A program made the position numbers and the translations under genes. From assembly GCA_964583985.1 (NCBI GenBank), contig CAZOYD010000020.1, forward strand, positions 1 through 50,628: DNA of 50,628 bases, written 5' to 3'. This DNA is from an uncultured archaeon (GTDB taxonomy: Archaea; Asgardarchaeota; Lokiarchaeia; Sigyniarchaeales; SOKP01). This document shows positions 8,616 through 18,883 of the stretch, one piece after another (the first letter of the stretch is position 1; every line of letters starts with the position of its first letter). The notes beneath the pieces were generated by a model that saw only the letters and a list, made by a program, of their open reading frames with translations, was not told the DNA's origin and searched no databases.

Positions 8616-9740
8616 ATGAGATTGTTTGAATATGAGAGTAAGGATATCTTTTCTAAATATGGTGTTCCTTTGGTTGATTTTATTGTTATCAGAAAGGTTG
8701 ATAATATTGAGGAACAAGTAGGAAAATTCTCATTTCCAGCAATAATTAAATCCCAAATAGCAATTGGGAGCAGAAAGAAAGCAGGTCTGATAAAAAAAGT
8801 AAATTCACAAGAGGAAGCAATTTTAACATGTAAAGATTTTTTTAAACGAACTGTTGATGGATATAATGTTGAGGCTATTTTAATTGAAAAATTTATTCGT
8901 ATTAAACATGAATATTATGTTTCTATTGCATTAGATGCGTCTGGTAGACAATTTTATATTATTGGTAGTAAAATGGGAGGAATTGATATTGAAGAAATTG
9001 CTAAAAAAAATCCTGAAAATATCTATAGAATAAACTTTTCTCTTTCAAATGGTGTAACAGATAATATTGCTAACGAGATGGCTATTAATCTTGATTTTAC
9101 TAAGGATTTACAAGAAGAAGCGGTAAGCATTTTTAAAAAACTGTGGAGTATTACTAAAAATTTGGAAGCTCAATTAGTTGAAATTAATCCACTTGTGCTT
9201 ACTAACTCTGGATTGATTGCAATTGATGGTAAAATGATTTTAGACGAAGATTCTTCTTTTAGGCAGCCAATTATTGAAGAAATTAGAAAAGAAAGGGTCA
9301 CTGAATTGGAAAAATATAGTAATGAAGCGGGATTTTCTTTTGTTAAATTAAACGGAGATATAGGGATACTTTCAAATGGAGCTGGTTTGACCATGGCTTT
9401 ATTAGATATTTTATCTGATTTGGGACTAAAACCAGCGAATTTCTTAGATGTTGGAGGAGGAGCGACAAAAGAGCGAATATATAAAGCTTTAAAATTACTT
9501 TTTAGTCTTAAACCCAAATGTATACTAATAAACATTTATGGTGGAATTACTCGATGTGATACAGTTGCAGAAGGAATAATTCATGCAATCCATGATTTCA
9601 CGAATTTGCCTCCAATCATTATTAGATTATCTGGAACGAATGAAAAAGAAGGCATAACATTATTAAAAAAGGAAGGGATAAACGCTTATCAAGATGTGAT
9701 GGATGCCGTGATAAGAGTAAAGGAGGTGCTAAGTGTATAG
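8616..9740 (+). CDS. sucC: Succinyl-CoA synthetase beta subunit
   Basis: MRLFEYESK, ATP-grasp EINPL...DGK, NGAGL, PANFLDVGGGA, NIYGGITRCD, RLSGTN. Confidence 0.9.
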   Translation: MRLFEYESKDIFSKYGVPLVDFIVIRKVDNIEEQVGKFSFPAIIKSQIAIGSRKKAGLIKKVNSQEEAILTCKDFFKRTVDGYNVEAILIEKFIRIKHEYYVSIALDASGRQFYIIGSKMGGIDIEEIAKKNPENIYRINFSLSNGVTDNIANEMAINLDFTKDLQEEAVSIFKKLWSITKNLEAQLVEINPLVLTNSGLIAIDGKMILDEDSSFRQPIIEEIRKERVTELEKYSNEAGFSFVKLNGDIGILSNGAGLTMALLDILSDLGLKPANFLDVGGGATKERIYKALKLLFSLKPKCILINIYGGITRCDTVAEGIIHAIHDFTNLPPIIIRLSGTNEKEGITLLKKEGINAYQDVMDAVIRVKEVLSV

Positions 9741-10601
9741 ATGTATATAGGTAAAAATTCACGGGTAGTAGTTCAAGGAATTACAGGTAACCAAGGAATG
9801 TTCCATACAAAACTCATGCTTGATTATGGTACAAAAATAGTTGCTGGAGTAACTCCTAAGAAAGGTGGTGAAAAAGTTCAAGGAATTCCAGTTTTCAATA
9901 GTATGAGAGAAGCAGTTGATGAGACGCGTTGCAATACGAGTATTGTGTTTGTTCCCGCTAAATTTGCATTTGATGCCGTTAAAGAAAGTTTATCTGCAGG
10001 AATAAAGGTAAACATTATTATTACTGAATCAGTACCAGTTTTTGACATGTTAAGATTAATAGAAATAGCCAAGGAGAAAAATATACATCTAATTGGACCA
10101 AATAGTCCAGGAATAATGATTCCTGATAAGATCAAATTAGGTATCATGCCGAGTAATTTGTGTCATCATGGAGAAGTGGCCGTCATATCCAAGAGTGGTA
10201 CCTTATCTTATGAAATTACAAAAGCAATTGGAAATGCGGGTATAGGAGTTTCAGCGTATATAGGGATAGGTGGTGATCCTGTTAGAGGAACTACAATGAA
10301 AGAAGCAATCGAATATTATCTAAATGATCATAATACTCAATTGATCGTATTAATAGGTGAGATTGGCGGTGATGAAGAAGAAAAAAGCGCTGACTTTTTG
10401 AATAGTTATATAAATAAACCAGTTGTTGCTTATATTGCTGGAAAGAGCGCTCCACAAGGTAAACGTATGGGTCATGCGGGAGCGATTATTTCGGGAGATA
10501 TAGGTACAGCTCAAGGAAAGATAAATGCATTAAAAAATGCGGGTGTTTCAATAGCTAATAATCCATGGAATATTCCAAAAATAATTAATGAAATCCTATA
10601 A
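9741..10601 (+). CDS. sucD: Succinyl-CoA synthetase alpha subunit
   Basis: VQGITG, GVTPKKGG, IGPNSPG, SKSGTL, GIGGDP, GEIGG and phospho-His motif MGHAGA. Abuts the sucC stop. Confidence 0.92.
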   Translation: MYIGKNSRVVVQGITGNQGMFHTKLMLDYGTKIVAGVTPKKGGEKVQGIPVFNSMREAVDETRCNTSIVFVPAKFAFDAVKESLSAGIKVNIIITESVPVFDMLRLIEIAKEKNIHLIGPNSPGIMIPDKIKLGIMPSNLCHHGEVAVISKSGTLSYEITKAIGNAGIGVSAYIGIGGDPVRGTTMKEAIEYYLNDHNTQLIVLIGEIGGDEEEKSADFLNSYINKPVVAYIAGKSAPQGKRMGHAGAIISGDIGTAQGKINALKNAGVSIANNPWNIPKIINEIL

Positions 10602-10604
10602 TTA

Positions 10605-12131
10605 TCAATAACCTTTAAGTTCTTCAAGGAAACTTTCCTTGTAACTGCTTAATTTAAATAAGTTTATAATAAACGTTTTATCTTGCTTGTTTAACTCTTT
10701 GAAAAGTATTAACTGCAGAAAAAAGACCCCTATTAATGCTAATGAACTTAACAATAAGTATAGCATGCTATTTAAAACTAATTTAGCTATTATAACGTTA
10801 AAAAGAATTTGAATTATAATAAAGCTGACTAATGCATAGAGTAAATGAGAAATAATTTTTTTATTTGACGGTATTCCGATTCGTTTAGAAAAATATCTAT
10901 AAAAGAAAGAATCAAAAAGAAATCCGAACACTATCATAAAAGAGAGCCCTACTCCCCCAAAACCTAAAGCTGGGATATTAAAGATATGAGAAGGTATAAC
11001 AAATATTATCATTATTACCCATATTGCTGATTTGATGATAAAATAATTTGAAAATGTTTTTTCATTCTTGCTTGGAATCAAATGAGAAGAATAGGGTTGG
11101 TTTATCCCTGCCAAGTAAGGTACAAAGATCATAATTCTCAAATAAATAGCCGCATTAGCGTAGTTAGGTAGAAATAGGTTAAAAAAATTTTCGGAATTCA
11201 TTTGAACGATAAGAATAACAGATAAGAAAAGAATAGAAGCATACTTCTCTGTTGTATGTGTTATGACCTTTATGGTCTCAAAATTATTGTTTTCAAACTC
11301 TTTCGGGAGATAAGAATAATATAAATTTGAAATTTGAGTCGAAATGAGAAGAAAAATTGCAATTATGTTAGTCTCAACGACATAGAATAACGCTAATTCG
11401 GCATGTCCATAATTTAAATCTAATAATATTTTCCCAAATTGATTGACAAATCCGCTCATTAGAAAATATAAGATATATGGTTTAATTGACTTTAAATAAG
11501 TTTTTAAAATTTTGTTATCGATCTTATAAAATTTGAATTCGTCTATTGAAAAAGTAAGAGACAGAATTAAATGGAATATTGCTGATACAAGATATACAAG
11601 ACCAATTGAATATAGTGGATTTGAGATGTTTTTTAAATTCAAGATGATGAAAATTATCATCGTATTTTTTACGAATTGATTGAGGAGTAAAATCAGAGAT
11701 GCCTTAATCATTTTTTGTCTACTTTCTAAGTTAATAACAAACACATCTGAAAAACTTGTTATTATATAAGCAACAATTGTTAGAAACATAAAACTGAGAG
11801 TTTCTGAATCATGATATCCAAAAAACATAAAAATAAGGAGTGGAGTGTACGCGATTAATATTTTAATAGTTTTTAACAAGAAGAAAATGCTAAAATATTG
11901 TTTAAAATTTTGATCTGCGTTATGTTGGAGATAAATTAGTTCTAAACCTACAGAAGTAATCATTAAAACAAATCCAATTAAACTATGTGTATACCCAATA
12001 ATACCAATCAAGACATTATCAAGCCTTAATGCTAAAAAATAAAAAACTAAGATGTTGTAGACTTGAATTAAAACATTTATACTGATTTTGATAAAAAATT
12101 TTTCTTTCATAAGAAAGATCTGATTATTCAC
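10605..12131 (-). CDS. Wzx/RfbX-like polysaccharide flippase (MOP superfamily)
   Basis: About 500 aa with roughly 13-14 hydrophobic segments and a MATE-like pattern; divergent from a glycosyltransferase. Confidence 0.7.
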   Translation of the reverse strand: MNNQIFLMKEKFFIKISINVLIQVYNILVFYFLALRLDNVLIGIIGYTHSLIGFVLMITSVGLELIYLQHNADQNFKQYFSIFFLLKTIKILIAYTPLLIFMFFGYHDSETLSFMFLTIVAYIITSFSDVFVINLESRQKMIKASLILLLNQFVKNTMIIFIILNLKNISNPLYSIGLVYLVSAIFHLILSLTFSIDEFKFYKIDNKILKTYLKSIKPYILYFLMSGFVNQFGKILLDLNYGHAELALFYVVETNIIAIFLLISTQISNLYYSYLPKEFENNNFETIKVITHTTEKYASILFLSVILIVQMNSENFFNLFLPNYANAAIYLRIMIFVPYLAGINQPYSSHLIPSKNEKTFSNYFIIKSAIWVIMIIFVIPSHIFNIPALGFGGVGLSFMIVFGFLFDSFFYRYFSKRIGIPSNKKIISHLLYALVSFIIIQILFNVIIAKLVLNSMLYLLLSSLALIGVFFLQLILFKELNKQDKTFIINLFKLSSYKESFLEELKGY

Positions 12132-12198
12132 TTTAAATAATCAAATTAATGTTTTATGATTTATTTCTTAATCTATAATAAGGTATCATGAATAAAAG

Positions 12199-13353
12199 AT
12201 GTTAATAGCCATTTACATTGAAAATACTCATGCAAACGAAGAATTAAATATCCCATTTGGAGGAATGGAAGCTCAATTATTAGAACTTTTATCCTCTTAC
12301 AATATGAAAAAAAATTTAAGAATTGCGCTAATTACAAGATATTCTGAATGTCATACCATGTCTAAAGACTTCAAAGTTCATCAAATCCACAAATTTAGAA
12401 ACTCAATTTTAGATAAACTTTATTTTTATTTAGTATCTTTATACAAATTGGTAAAAATTCATAAAGATGAACGTATTGACTTGATAAATGTTCACACTTT
12501 TTCTTATAATGTTATAATACCTCTATCCTTGAGGGTACTATTTAAAATTCCTATTTTAATGAAAATACCAATCGATTTTAGCAACCATATTAAGGAAGTT
12601 TCCTTAATGAATCGAAATAATTTTATAAAAAAGATAGTTTGCTATAGTTGGTTAAAATTGTTCCAAAAATTTCTCATAAAAAAGATAGACTTTATTCGAG
12701 TAATCAACAAAAGAATGTTCCGTGATATCACAGATCTGAATTTTCCTAAAAGAAGGATTTTAAGTATTCCAAATGGAATTGATTCGAAAAGTTATAATAA
12801 TTTGGATAAAAATGTTCACGAAAGTGTTAATTTTGGTTTTATTGGGAGATTAACTCAATTTAAAAACATAAAATTCTTGTTAATGGAATTTAGAGATTAT
12901 CTTGAACAATTTCCTTCAGATAAATTATATATATATGGGAATGGAACGGAATTAGATTATATTACTGATTTTGTTTTAATGAATGATTTATCTGATAAAA
13001 TTTGTATGATCGGATTTGAAAAAGATAGAAAAAAAATTTATCGTAATATCGATGTTTTAATCGATCCTTCTTATGGTCAAGGGATTTCTAATGCCAATCT
13101 TGAAGCAATGTGCACTAATACATTTTTAATTGCTTCAGAAGTAGATGGAAATATTGATTTAGTTTCAAATGGCGAAACAGGATTACTATTTAATCCTAAA
13201 AAAAAAGGAGCGTTGCTAGAAATGTTAATTTTCTATAAACAACATCCCGAAAAAGTAAAAAAAATGATTGAGAATGCTCGAAAAAAGATTACAGAAAAAT
13301 ATAATATTAATTGCATAACAAATCAGATACTCGAATTTGTTCTAAACAAATAA
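12199..13353 (+). CDS. Glycosyltransferase family 4 (GT-B)
   Basis: GGME, IPNGID, FIGRLTQFKNI, PSYGQGISNANLEAM, GETGLLF. Confidence 0.9.
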   Translation: MLIAIYIENTHANEELNIPFGGMEAQLLELLSSYNMKKNLRIALITRYSECHTMSKDFKVHQIHKFRNSILDKLYFYLVSLYKLVKIHKDERIDLINVHTFSYNVIIPLSLRVLFKIPILMKIPIDFSNHIKEVSLMNRNNFIKKIVCYSWLKLFQKFLIKKIDFIRVINKRMFRDITDLNFPKRRILSIPNGIDSKSYNNLDKNVHESVNFGFIGRLTQFKNIKFLLMEFRDYLEQFPSDKLYIYGNGTELDYITDFVLMNDLSDKICMIGFEKDRKKIYRNIDVLIDPSYGQGISNANLEAMCTNTFLIASEVDGNIDLVSNGETGLLFNPKKKGALLEMLIFYKQHPEKVKKMIENARKKITEKYNINCITNQILEFVLNK

Positions 13354-13377
13354 AATAAAAATGTGGGAGTCGTACTG

Positions 13378-14505
13378 ATGAAAATTTCGAATTCAGAATA
13401 TTATGATAAAGTTTTAGGCTCTTGGGAAGGTCGTATTGCAGGAGATTATGTTGGAGCACCTGTTGAATTTAAACCATATGAGCAAATATTAAATGAATAC
13501 GGAAATATCACGTATTTTCCAGAAAATATTGATTTAAATTACATAAATGATGATGAGATGTATGAAATTTGTGCTCTGATTGCTTTAGAAAAAAAAGGAA
13601 TTGATCTCACTGCTAAAGATATTGCTATAGAATGGAGGGACCGATTGTATGATTTAAACTTTACCGCTGAAAAGATTGCATTAGATAATCTTAGATCGAA
13701 TATTTGGCCGCCTCAATCTGGATTGCACAATAACATTTATTTTGACGCCATTGGAGCACAAATGCGAGCCGATATATGGGGTCTGATTGCTCCTGGAGCT
13801 CCATCTGTTGCAGAAAAATATGCTAAAATGGATGCTTCCATTTCTCATGCTGGAATAGGTATTGAAGGCGAGATTTACGTGGCTGTTCTTATTTCAAATG
13901 CCTTTATTGAACCAGATATCAGAAAAAATATTGAAATGTCCCTTAACCATATTCCCCCTCCCAACAAAAGTCTCTATTCTCAAATGGTTAGGAAAGCCAT
14001 CCAAATTCATGATAATAATCCAACAGATTTCAGAGTGGGAAGAGAAAAATTGATACTTTTTTGGGATGATATAAGAAAAAACAAGTTACAAGTTTCTGGA
14101 GTAAGTGGTTCAAAATCAGAATCACTATTAAGCAGAAAAAGAAAACGATATCTTTTTACATCCACATCTAATGTACACGTTTTGCCAAATATAGGAATTA
14201 TAATATTGTCACTACTGTATGGCTCAAAAGATCTCGAAGACCCTCTTGGAAGATCGATTTGCACCTCAGCGATGATGGGACTTGATGCTGATTGTAATTG
14301 TGGGAATATAGGCGCAATCTTGGGTGCTCAATTAGGTGCTGAGATGATACAAGGAAAATGGAAAGATCCGTTACAAAATACTTTTTCCACTTACGTGAAA
14401 GGATATGAAAAATGGAACATTAATGAATTAGCTGGCAGAATAGCAAAGATAGGTAAAAGAGTAATATCTGAAAAAGCTAATGCGCAAACTAAATTAATTG
14501 AATAA
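13378..14505 (+). CDS. ADP-ribosylglycohydrolase (DraG/ARH) family protein
   Basis: GDYVGAPVE, NDDEMYE, GAQMRAD, DASISH, GLDADCNCGNIGAILG. ATG at 13378 follows a GGGAG SD-like site. Confidence 0.85.
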   Translation: MKISNSEYYDKVLGSWEGRIAGDYVGAPVEFKPYEQILNEYGNITYFPENIDLNYINDDEMYEICALIALEKKGIDLTAKDIAIEWRDRLYDLNFTAEKIALDNLRSNIWPPQSGLHNNIYFDAIGAQMRADIWGLIAPGAPSVAEKYAKMDASISHAGIGIEGEIYVAVLISNAFIEPDIRKNIEMSLNHIPPPNKSLYSQMVRKAIQIHDNNPTDFRVGREKLILFWDDIRKNKLQVSGVSGSKSESLLSRKRKRYLFTSTSNVHVLPNIGIIILSLLYGSKDLEDPLGRSICTSAMMGLDADCNCGNIGAILGAQLGAEMIQGKWKDPLQNTFSTYVKGYEKWNINELAGRIAKIGKRVISEKANAQTKLIE

Positions 14506-14531
14506 TAAAATTAAAAAAAAAAAGAAATTAA

Positions 14532-15200
14532 TTATAATTTTTTATGGCAAAACCACCAATCTAAACATTCATAATCCTTTCCCGCATTTTCTAGCCTTTC
14601 TTTGGCAGATTTGACATCCTTAGGGGGAGGGAGGATAACATGATCTCCAAAGAGTTCATTTTCTGGCCAATTTGCAGGTATCGCAACTTTGTAAGCATCA
14701 GCAGTTTGTAAAGCCTTCAGAACTCTTAAAATCTCGTCCATATTTCTTCCGACTTCTTGTGGATAATACAATATTAGACGTATTATGCCATTTGCATCCA
14801 CGATAAATACAGCTCTTACCGTGTTCGATCCTTTACCAGGATGAATCATCCCTAATCTTTTTCCAACAGCGCCGTGATCTGCAATAATTGGGAAAGGAAT
14901 TTCGGTGTTTAGATGTTCTTCAATCCATTCTTCCCATTTGATGTGAGCAAATACTTGGTCAATGGATAGCCCAATAAGTCGAGTATTTAAATCAAGGAAT
15001 TTTTGATTTCGGATTGCAAACGCATGAAACTCTGTGGTACATACTGGTGTAAAGTCTCCAGGATGGCTAAAAAGCACGAACCACTTGCCTCCTTTATTCA
15101 AATCGTCTGGCAATGTCATCGTCCCATGAGTGGTTACTACTTCCATTTTCGGAAATTTGTCTCCAAGCAAGGGAATTCCAATATTCTGCACTTCATTCAT
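14532..15200 (-). CDS. Peroxiredoxin (Prx6/archaeal type)
   Basis: [27 protein letters not shown] and C-terminal CLDWWFC. Confidence 0.95.
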   Translation of the reverse strand: MNEVQNIGIPLLGDKFPKMEVVTTHGTMTLPDDLNKGGKWFVLFSHPGDFTPVCTTEFHAFAIRNQKFLDLNTRLIGLSIDQVFAHIKWEEWIEEHLNTEIPFPIIADHGAVGKRLGMIHPGKGSNTVRAVFIVDANGIIRLILYYPQEVGRNMDEILRVLKALQTADAYKVAIPANWPENELFGDHVILPPPKDVKSAKERLENAGKDYECLDWWFCHKKL

Positions 15201-15610
15201 TAAATAAACACCTCAAATTTGTATTTTGTTAAATATGTTTTTTGAATATTAATCTGAATATTGATTCACGATTCTTAATAATTTTAATTATATTTTATAA
15301 AAATAGGATCTAAAACTCCCTACTTTGAAATTAAACACGATTTAAACATTAATATTATATTGAAAGTATTAATTGATTTCAAAAGCATTTGATTTAAGCT
15401 ATTAAAAGATATATTGCAAATATAAGTTAGAATTATTGAAAATAATGGGGTGTTATCTACAGAAGTTCGCGTATATTAGTCATATCGTCTAAAAAAAGGG
15501 AATTGTATCCCATATTAATCATGTTGGAAAAATTTAAATGAAAATAGAATCTAAAGTTATTATCTATTATTATGATTATTTTGTAAAAATAACAAAAGAG
15601 TTAGAGAAAT

Positions 15611-16903
15611 TTGGCGCAGAAAAATATATACGAAATAGATGCAAAAAAAATAATTGCTTCTGAATTGCCTAAATATTATCCACGATTCGAATATCACAAT
15701 AAAATCGCTATAATCAAACCTAACACGGATATAGATAAATTAATTTCAGAAAATCCATGGATGAAAACGGAAAAATTGGTGGTTAAACCCGATCAACTGT
15801 TTGGCAAGAGAGGCAAAGCCAATTTAATTCTACTTGATGCTGATAGCAATCAAATGAAAAAATTCTGTAAAGATAATTTAGGAAAAGTTCGTGTAATCTC
15901 TGGAATTGAAGGAGAAATCACCCGCTTGCTTGTAGAACCATTTATCCCTCATGAAAAAGAATATTACGTTTCTTTTACAACTGAAAGGGATCATAATCTC
16001 ATTCACTTTAGTTTTGAAGGGGGAATTTTCGTGGAAGAAAATTGGGATAAAGTTAAGCATATTCCTGTACCTATTGGGCAAGAGATTGAGAATTTTGATT
16101 TAAAAAGCAAAATGCCAGATTTAGGAGATTTAAAGGATATTTTAATTCCCTTCATCAAAGGAATGTATCAAGTTTTTGTGGATCAAGATTTTACATTTCT
16201 TGAGATTAATCCATTTGCCATTACAAGTGAAAATGAAATAGTTCCATTGGATGTAAAAGCCCGTTTAGATGACACAGCTGCTTTTCTTCATGCAGATACA
16301 TGGGGAAATCCTCAGAACCCTATAGAATTTCCCGCCGGGTTTGGTCAGAAAATGAGTCCAGAAGAGGAGAAAATACAAAGTCTTGATGAAAAAACGGGAG
16401 CTTCACTAAAATTGACAATCCTCAACCAAAAGGGTAGAATATGGACAATGGTTGCTGGAGGTGGAGCGAGTGTCATATATACAGATACAATTGCAGACCT
16501 TGGACTTGCAAAAGAACTTGGTAACTATGGTGAATATTCTGGTAACCCTAGTCAAGATCACACGCAAATTTACGCTCAAACCATTATTGATCTCATTACA
16601 GAATTTCCAGATCCTGAAGGAAAAGAAAAATATCTGATTATAGGTGGAGGAATTGCCAACTTTACTGATGTTAAAGCAACTTTTGGGGGAATTGTGAAAG
16701 CAATCAAAAATTCTGTAGAAAAGTTAAAGAAAGCAAATGTAAAAATCCTTGTACGGAGAGGCGGTCCTAATGAAAAACAAGGATTAGAATTAATGAGAAT
16801 GGTCGGCGAAGAGACTGGCATTCCAATAGATATTTATGATCGATATGATAGCATGACACGACCAGTGGCTAGAATGAAAGAAAAAATGGAGAGTGAATCT
16901 TAA
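15611..16903 (+). CDS. aclB: ATP-citrate lyase beta subunit (ATP-grasp plus citrate-binding; bacterial nomenclature)
   Basis: LVVKPDQLFGKRGK, FLEINP, GASLKLTILN, WTMVAGGGAS, NYGEYSG, GGGIANFTDV, RRGGPN. Confidence 0.93.
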   Translation: MAQKNIYEIDAKKIIASELPKYYPRFEYHNKIAIIKPNTDIDKLISENPWMKTEKLVVKPDQLFGKRGKANLILLDADSNQMKKFCKDNLGKVRVISGIEGEITRLLVEPFIPHEKEYYVSFTTERDHNLIHFSFEGGIFVEENWDKVKHIPVPIGQEIENFDLKSKMPDLGDLKDILIPFIKGMYQVFVDQDFTFLEINPFAITSENEIVPLDVKARLDDTAAFLHADTWGNPQNPIEFPAGFGQKMSPEEEKIQSLDEKTGASLKLTILNQKGRIWTMVAGGGASVIYTDTIADLGLAKELGNYGEYSGNPSQDHTQIYAQTIIDLITEFPDPEGKEKYLIIGGGIANFTDVKATFGGIVKAIKNSVEKLKKANVKILVRRGGPNEKQGLELMRMVGEETGIPIDIYDRYDSMTRPVARMKEKMESES

Positions 16904-18739
16904 ATGGAAGATTATGAACTATTTGATGAAAGTTCGCAAGCTATTATATATGGATTGCAAGCAGCTCCCGTTCAACGAATGTTAGATTTTGACTACGTGT
17001 GTCATCGAAAAACACCATCGGTTGCAGCCATGATTCAATCTACTCAAGAAGCTGCAATTGCATATCATAAAGTATTCTGGGGGAGTAGTGAAATTGTCAT
17101 TCCCGTTTACAAAACATTAAATATGGCAATTAAGAAACATCCTAAAGCAGATGTAATGATAAATTTCGCATCTTTTCGCTCTGCATACGATACTAGCAAG
17201 GAAGCACTTGATTCAGAGAAGATTCGAGTTGTTGTAATTATTGCCGAAGGAGTACCAGAAAGGCAAAGTCAATTATTAAACAAGATTGCAAAAGAGCGTA
17301 AAAAAATCATAATTGGTCCAGCAACAGTTGGAGGAATACGTGCTGGAGCATTTAAAATCGCAAATACTGCCGGTACGCTTGAAAATATTTTATTATCCAA
17401 ATTATATCGTCCAGGCTCAGTAGGTTTTGTATCCAAGTCTGGTGGTTTGAGTAATGAAATGAATTTTATGATTGCCCAAAATACAGACGGAGTTTATGAA
17501 AGCATTGCAATAGGAGGAGATCGCTATCCAGGGTCACGCCTAATCGATCACCTTTTAAGATATGAAGCAAATCCTAAAATCAAAATGCTAGTTTGCTTGG
17601 GTGAAATTGGAGGAACTGAAGAATACGAAATTGTTAATGCCTTAAAGAATGGATTAATCAAAAAACCTCTTGCTGTATGGGTTACTGGAACTGCTGCGAG
17701 AATACTTCCCAGTGGACTCCAATTTGGTCACGCCGGTGCAATGGCTGGAAGTGATAGAGAAACAGCTGAAGCTAAAAATGAAGCGCTTAAAAAAGCTGGT
17801 GCCATTGTCCCAACGTCCTATGAAGATTTCGATAAAGTGATTAAAGAAACATTTGATAAACTAAAAGCTGAAGGTAAGATTGAACCAATAAAAGAAATAG
17901 AACCCCCAAAAATTCCGCTTGATTTTAACGAAGCCGTCCGCCTTGGAATAGTTCGACGTCAAAGCGATGTTGTTGTCACCATTTCAGATGATCGTGGAGA
18001 TGTACCAAAATTTGCTGGGGTCGGTCTCGATACTATAATCCGTGAACATAAATCAATTGGGTATGTAATTGGACTCCTATGGTTTAAAAAAGAATTACCT
18101 GATTTTGCTCAAGAATTCATAGAAATGGTAATAAAGCTTACTGCAGATCATGGACCAGCGGTAAGTGGAGCTCACAATGCAATAATTACTGCTCGTGCTG
18201 GTAAAGATTTAATGTCCTCTCTTGCTTCAGGAATATTGACTATTGGACCTCGATTTGGTGGAGCAATTTCAGATGCAGCAAAATATTTCAGGGAGGCCTT
18301 GCAAAAACAAATGACTCCATTAGATTTTGTAAGCTACATGAAAAATGTAGTACAGATGAATATCCCGGGAATCGGTCATAGAATAAAATCAGTACAAAAT
18401 CCAGACGTCCGAGTAATTCTACTCAAAGAATTCGTCCTCAAGAATTTTCCAAAGCATCCCCACTTAGATTATGCATTGGAAGTAGAGAAACTCACAACCT
18501 CTAAGCGCAATAATTTGATACTAAATGTCGATGGTACAATAGGTATAACCTTTTTGGATCTACTGGAAAATTTAGATTTCTCCAAGGAAGAAATCGAAGA
18601 TGTTATAGAAAGTGAAGCATTAAATGGATTATTCGTTCTAGGACGATCAATTGGAATGATGGGACATGTATTTGATCAAAAAAGACAACGAGCAAGTTTA
18701 TACCGTCAACCTTGGGATGAAATTTTATTTGGAAGTTAA
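16904..18739 (+). CDS. aclA: ATP-citrate lyase alpha subunit (CoA-binding, phospho-His and citryl-CoA lyase domains)
   Basis: MLDFDY, NFASFRSA, IGPATVGG, QFGHAGA, DHGPAVSGAHN, PGIGHRIKS, LILNVDG. Confidence 0.95.
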   Translation: MEDYELFDESSQAIIYGLQAAPVQRMLDFDYVCHRKTPSVAAMIQSTQEAAIAYHKVFWGSSEIVIPVYKTLNMAIKKHPKADVMINFASFRSAYDTSKEALDSEKIRVVVIIAEGVPERQSQLLNKIAKERKKIIIGPATVGGIRAGAFKIANTAGTLENILLSKLYRPGSVGFVSKSGGLSNEMNFMIAQNTDGVYESIAIGGDRYPGSRLIDHLLRYEANPKIKMLVCLGEIGGTEEYEIVNALKNGLIKKPLAVWVTGTAARILPSGLQFGHAGAMAGSDRETAEAKNEALKKAGAIVPTSYEDFDKVIKETFDKLKAEGKIEPIKEIEPPKIPLDFNEAVRLGIVRRQSDVVVTISDDRGDVPKFAGVGLDTIIREHKSIGYVIGLLWFKKELPDFAQEFIEMVIKLTADHGPAVSGAHNAIITARAGKDLMSSLASGILTIGPRFGGAISDAAKYFREALQKQMTPLDFVSYMKNVVQMNIPGIGHRIKSVQNPDVRVILLKEFVLKNFPKHPHLDYALEVEKLTTSKRNNLILNVDGTIGITFLDLLENLDFSKEEIEDVIESEALNGLFVLGRSIGMMGHVFDQKRQRASLYRQPWDEILFGS

Positions 18740-18779
18740 GCAGAATATTCAAATTATAATTATACAAATTTAAATTAAC

Positions 18780-18790
18780 TTTTTTTGTTT
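18780..18790 (+). terminator. Oligo-T tract, possible archaeal terminator after aclA
   Basis: TTTTTTTGTTT about 40 bp downstream of the stop codon. Confidence 0.3.
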
Positions 18791-18883
18791 AATTTATAGA
18801 AATAATAAATTTTAAGAAATCTAAACAATTAAAAACAAAAGCAAATTAAAGAAAAAATAAAAATGAAAGAGAGGAAATAAAAC

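Noticed and set aside
14090-14150. Basic SRKRKR stretch in the ARH protein resembling a nuclear localisation signal
   Set aside because: Lys/Arg runs are common in AT-rich genomes, and there is no supporting evidence.
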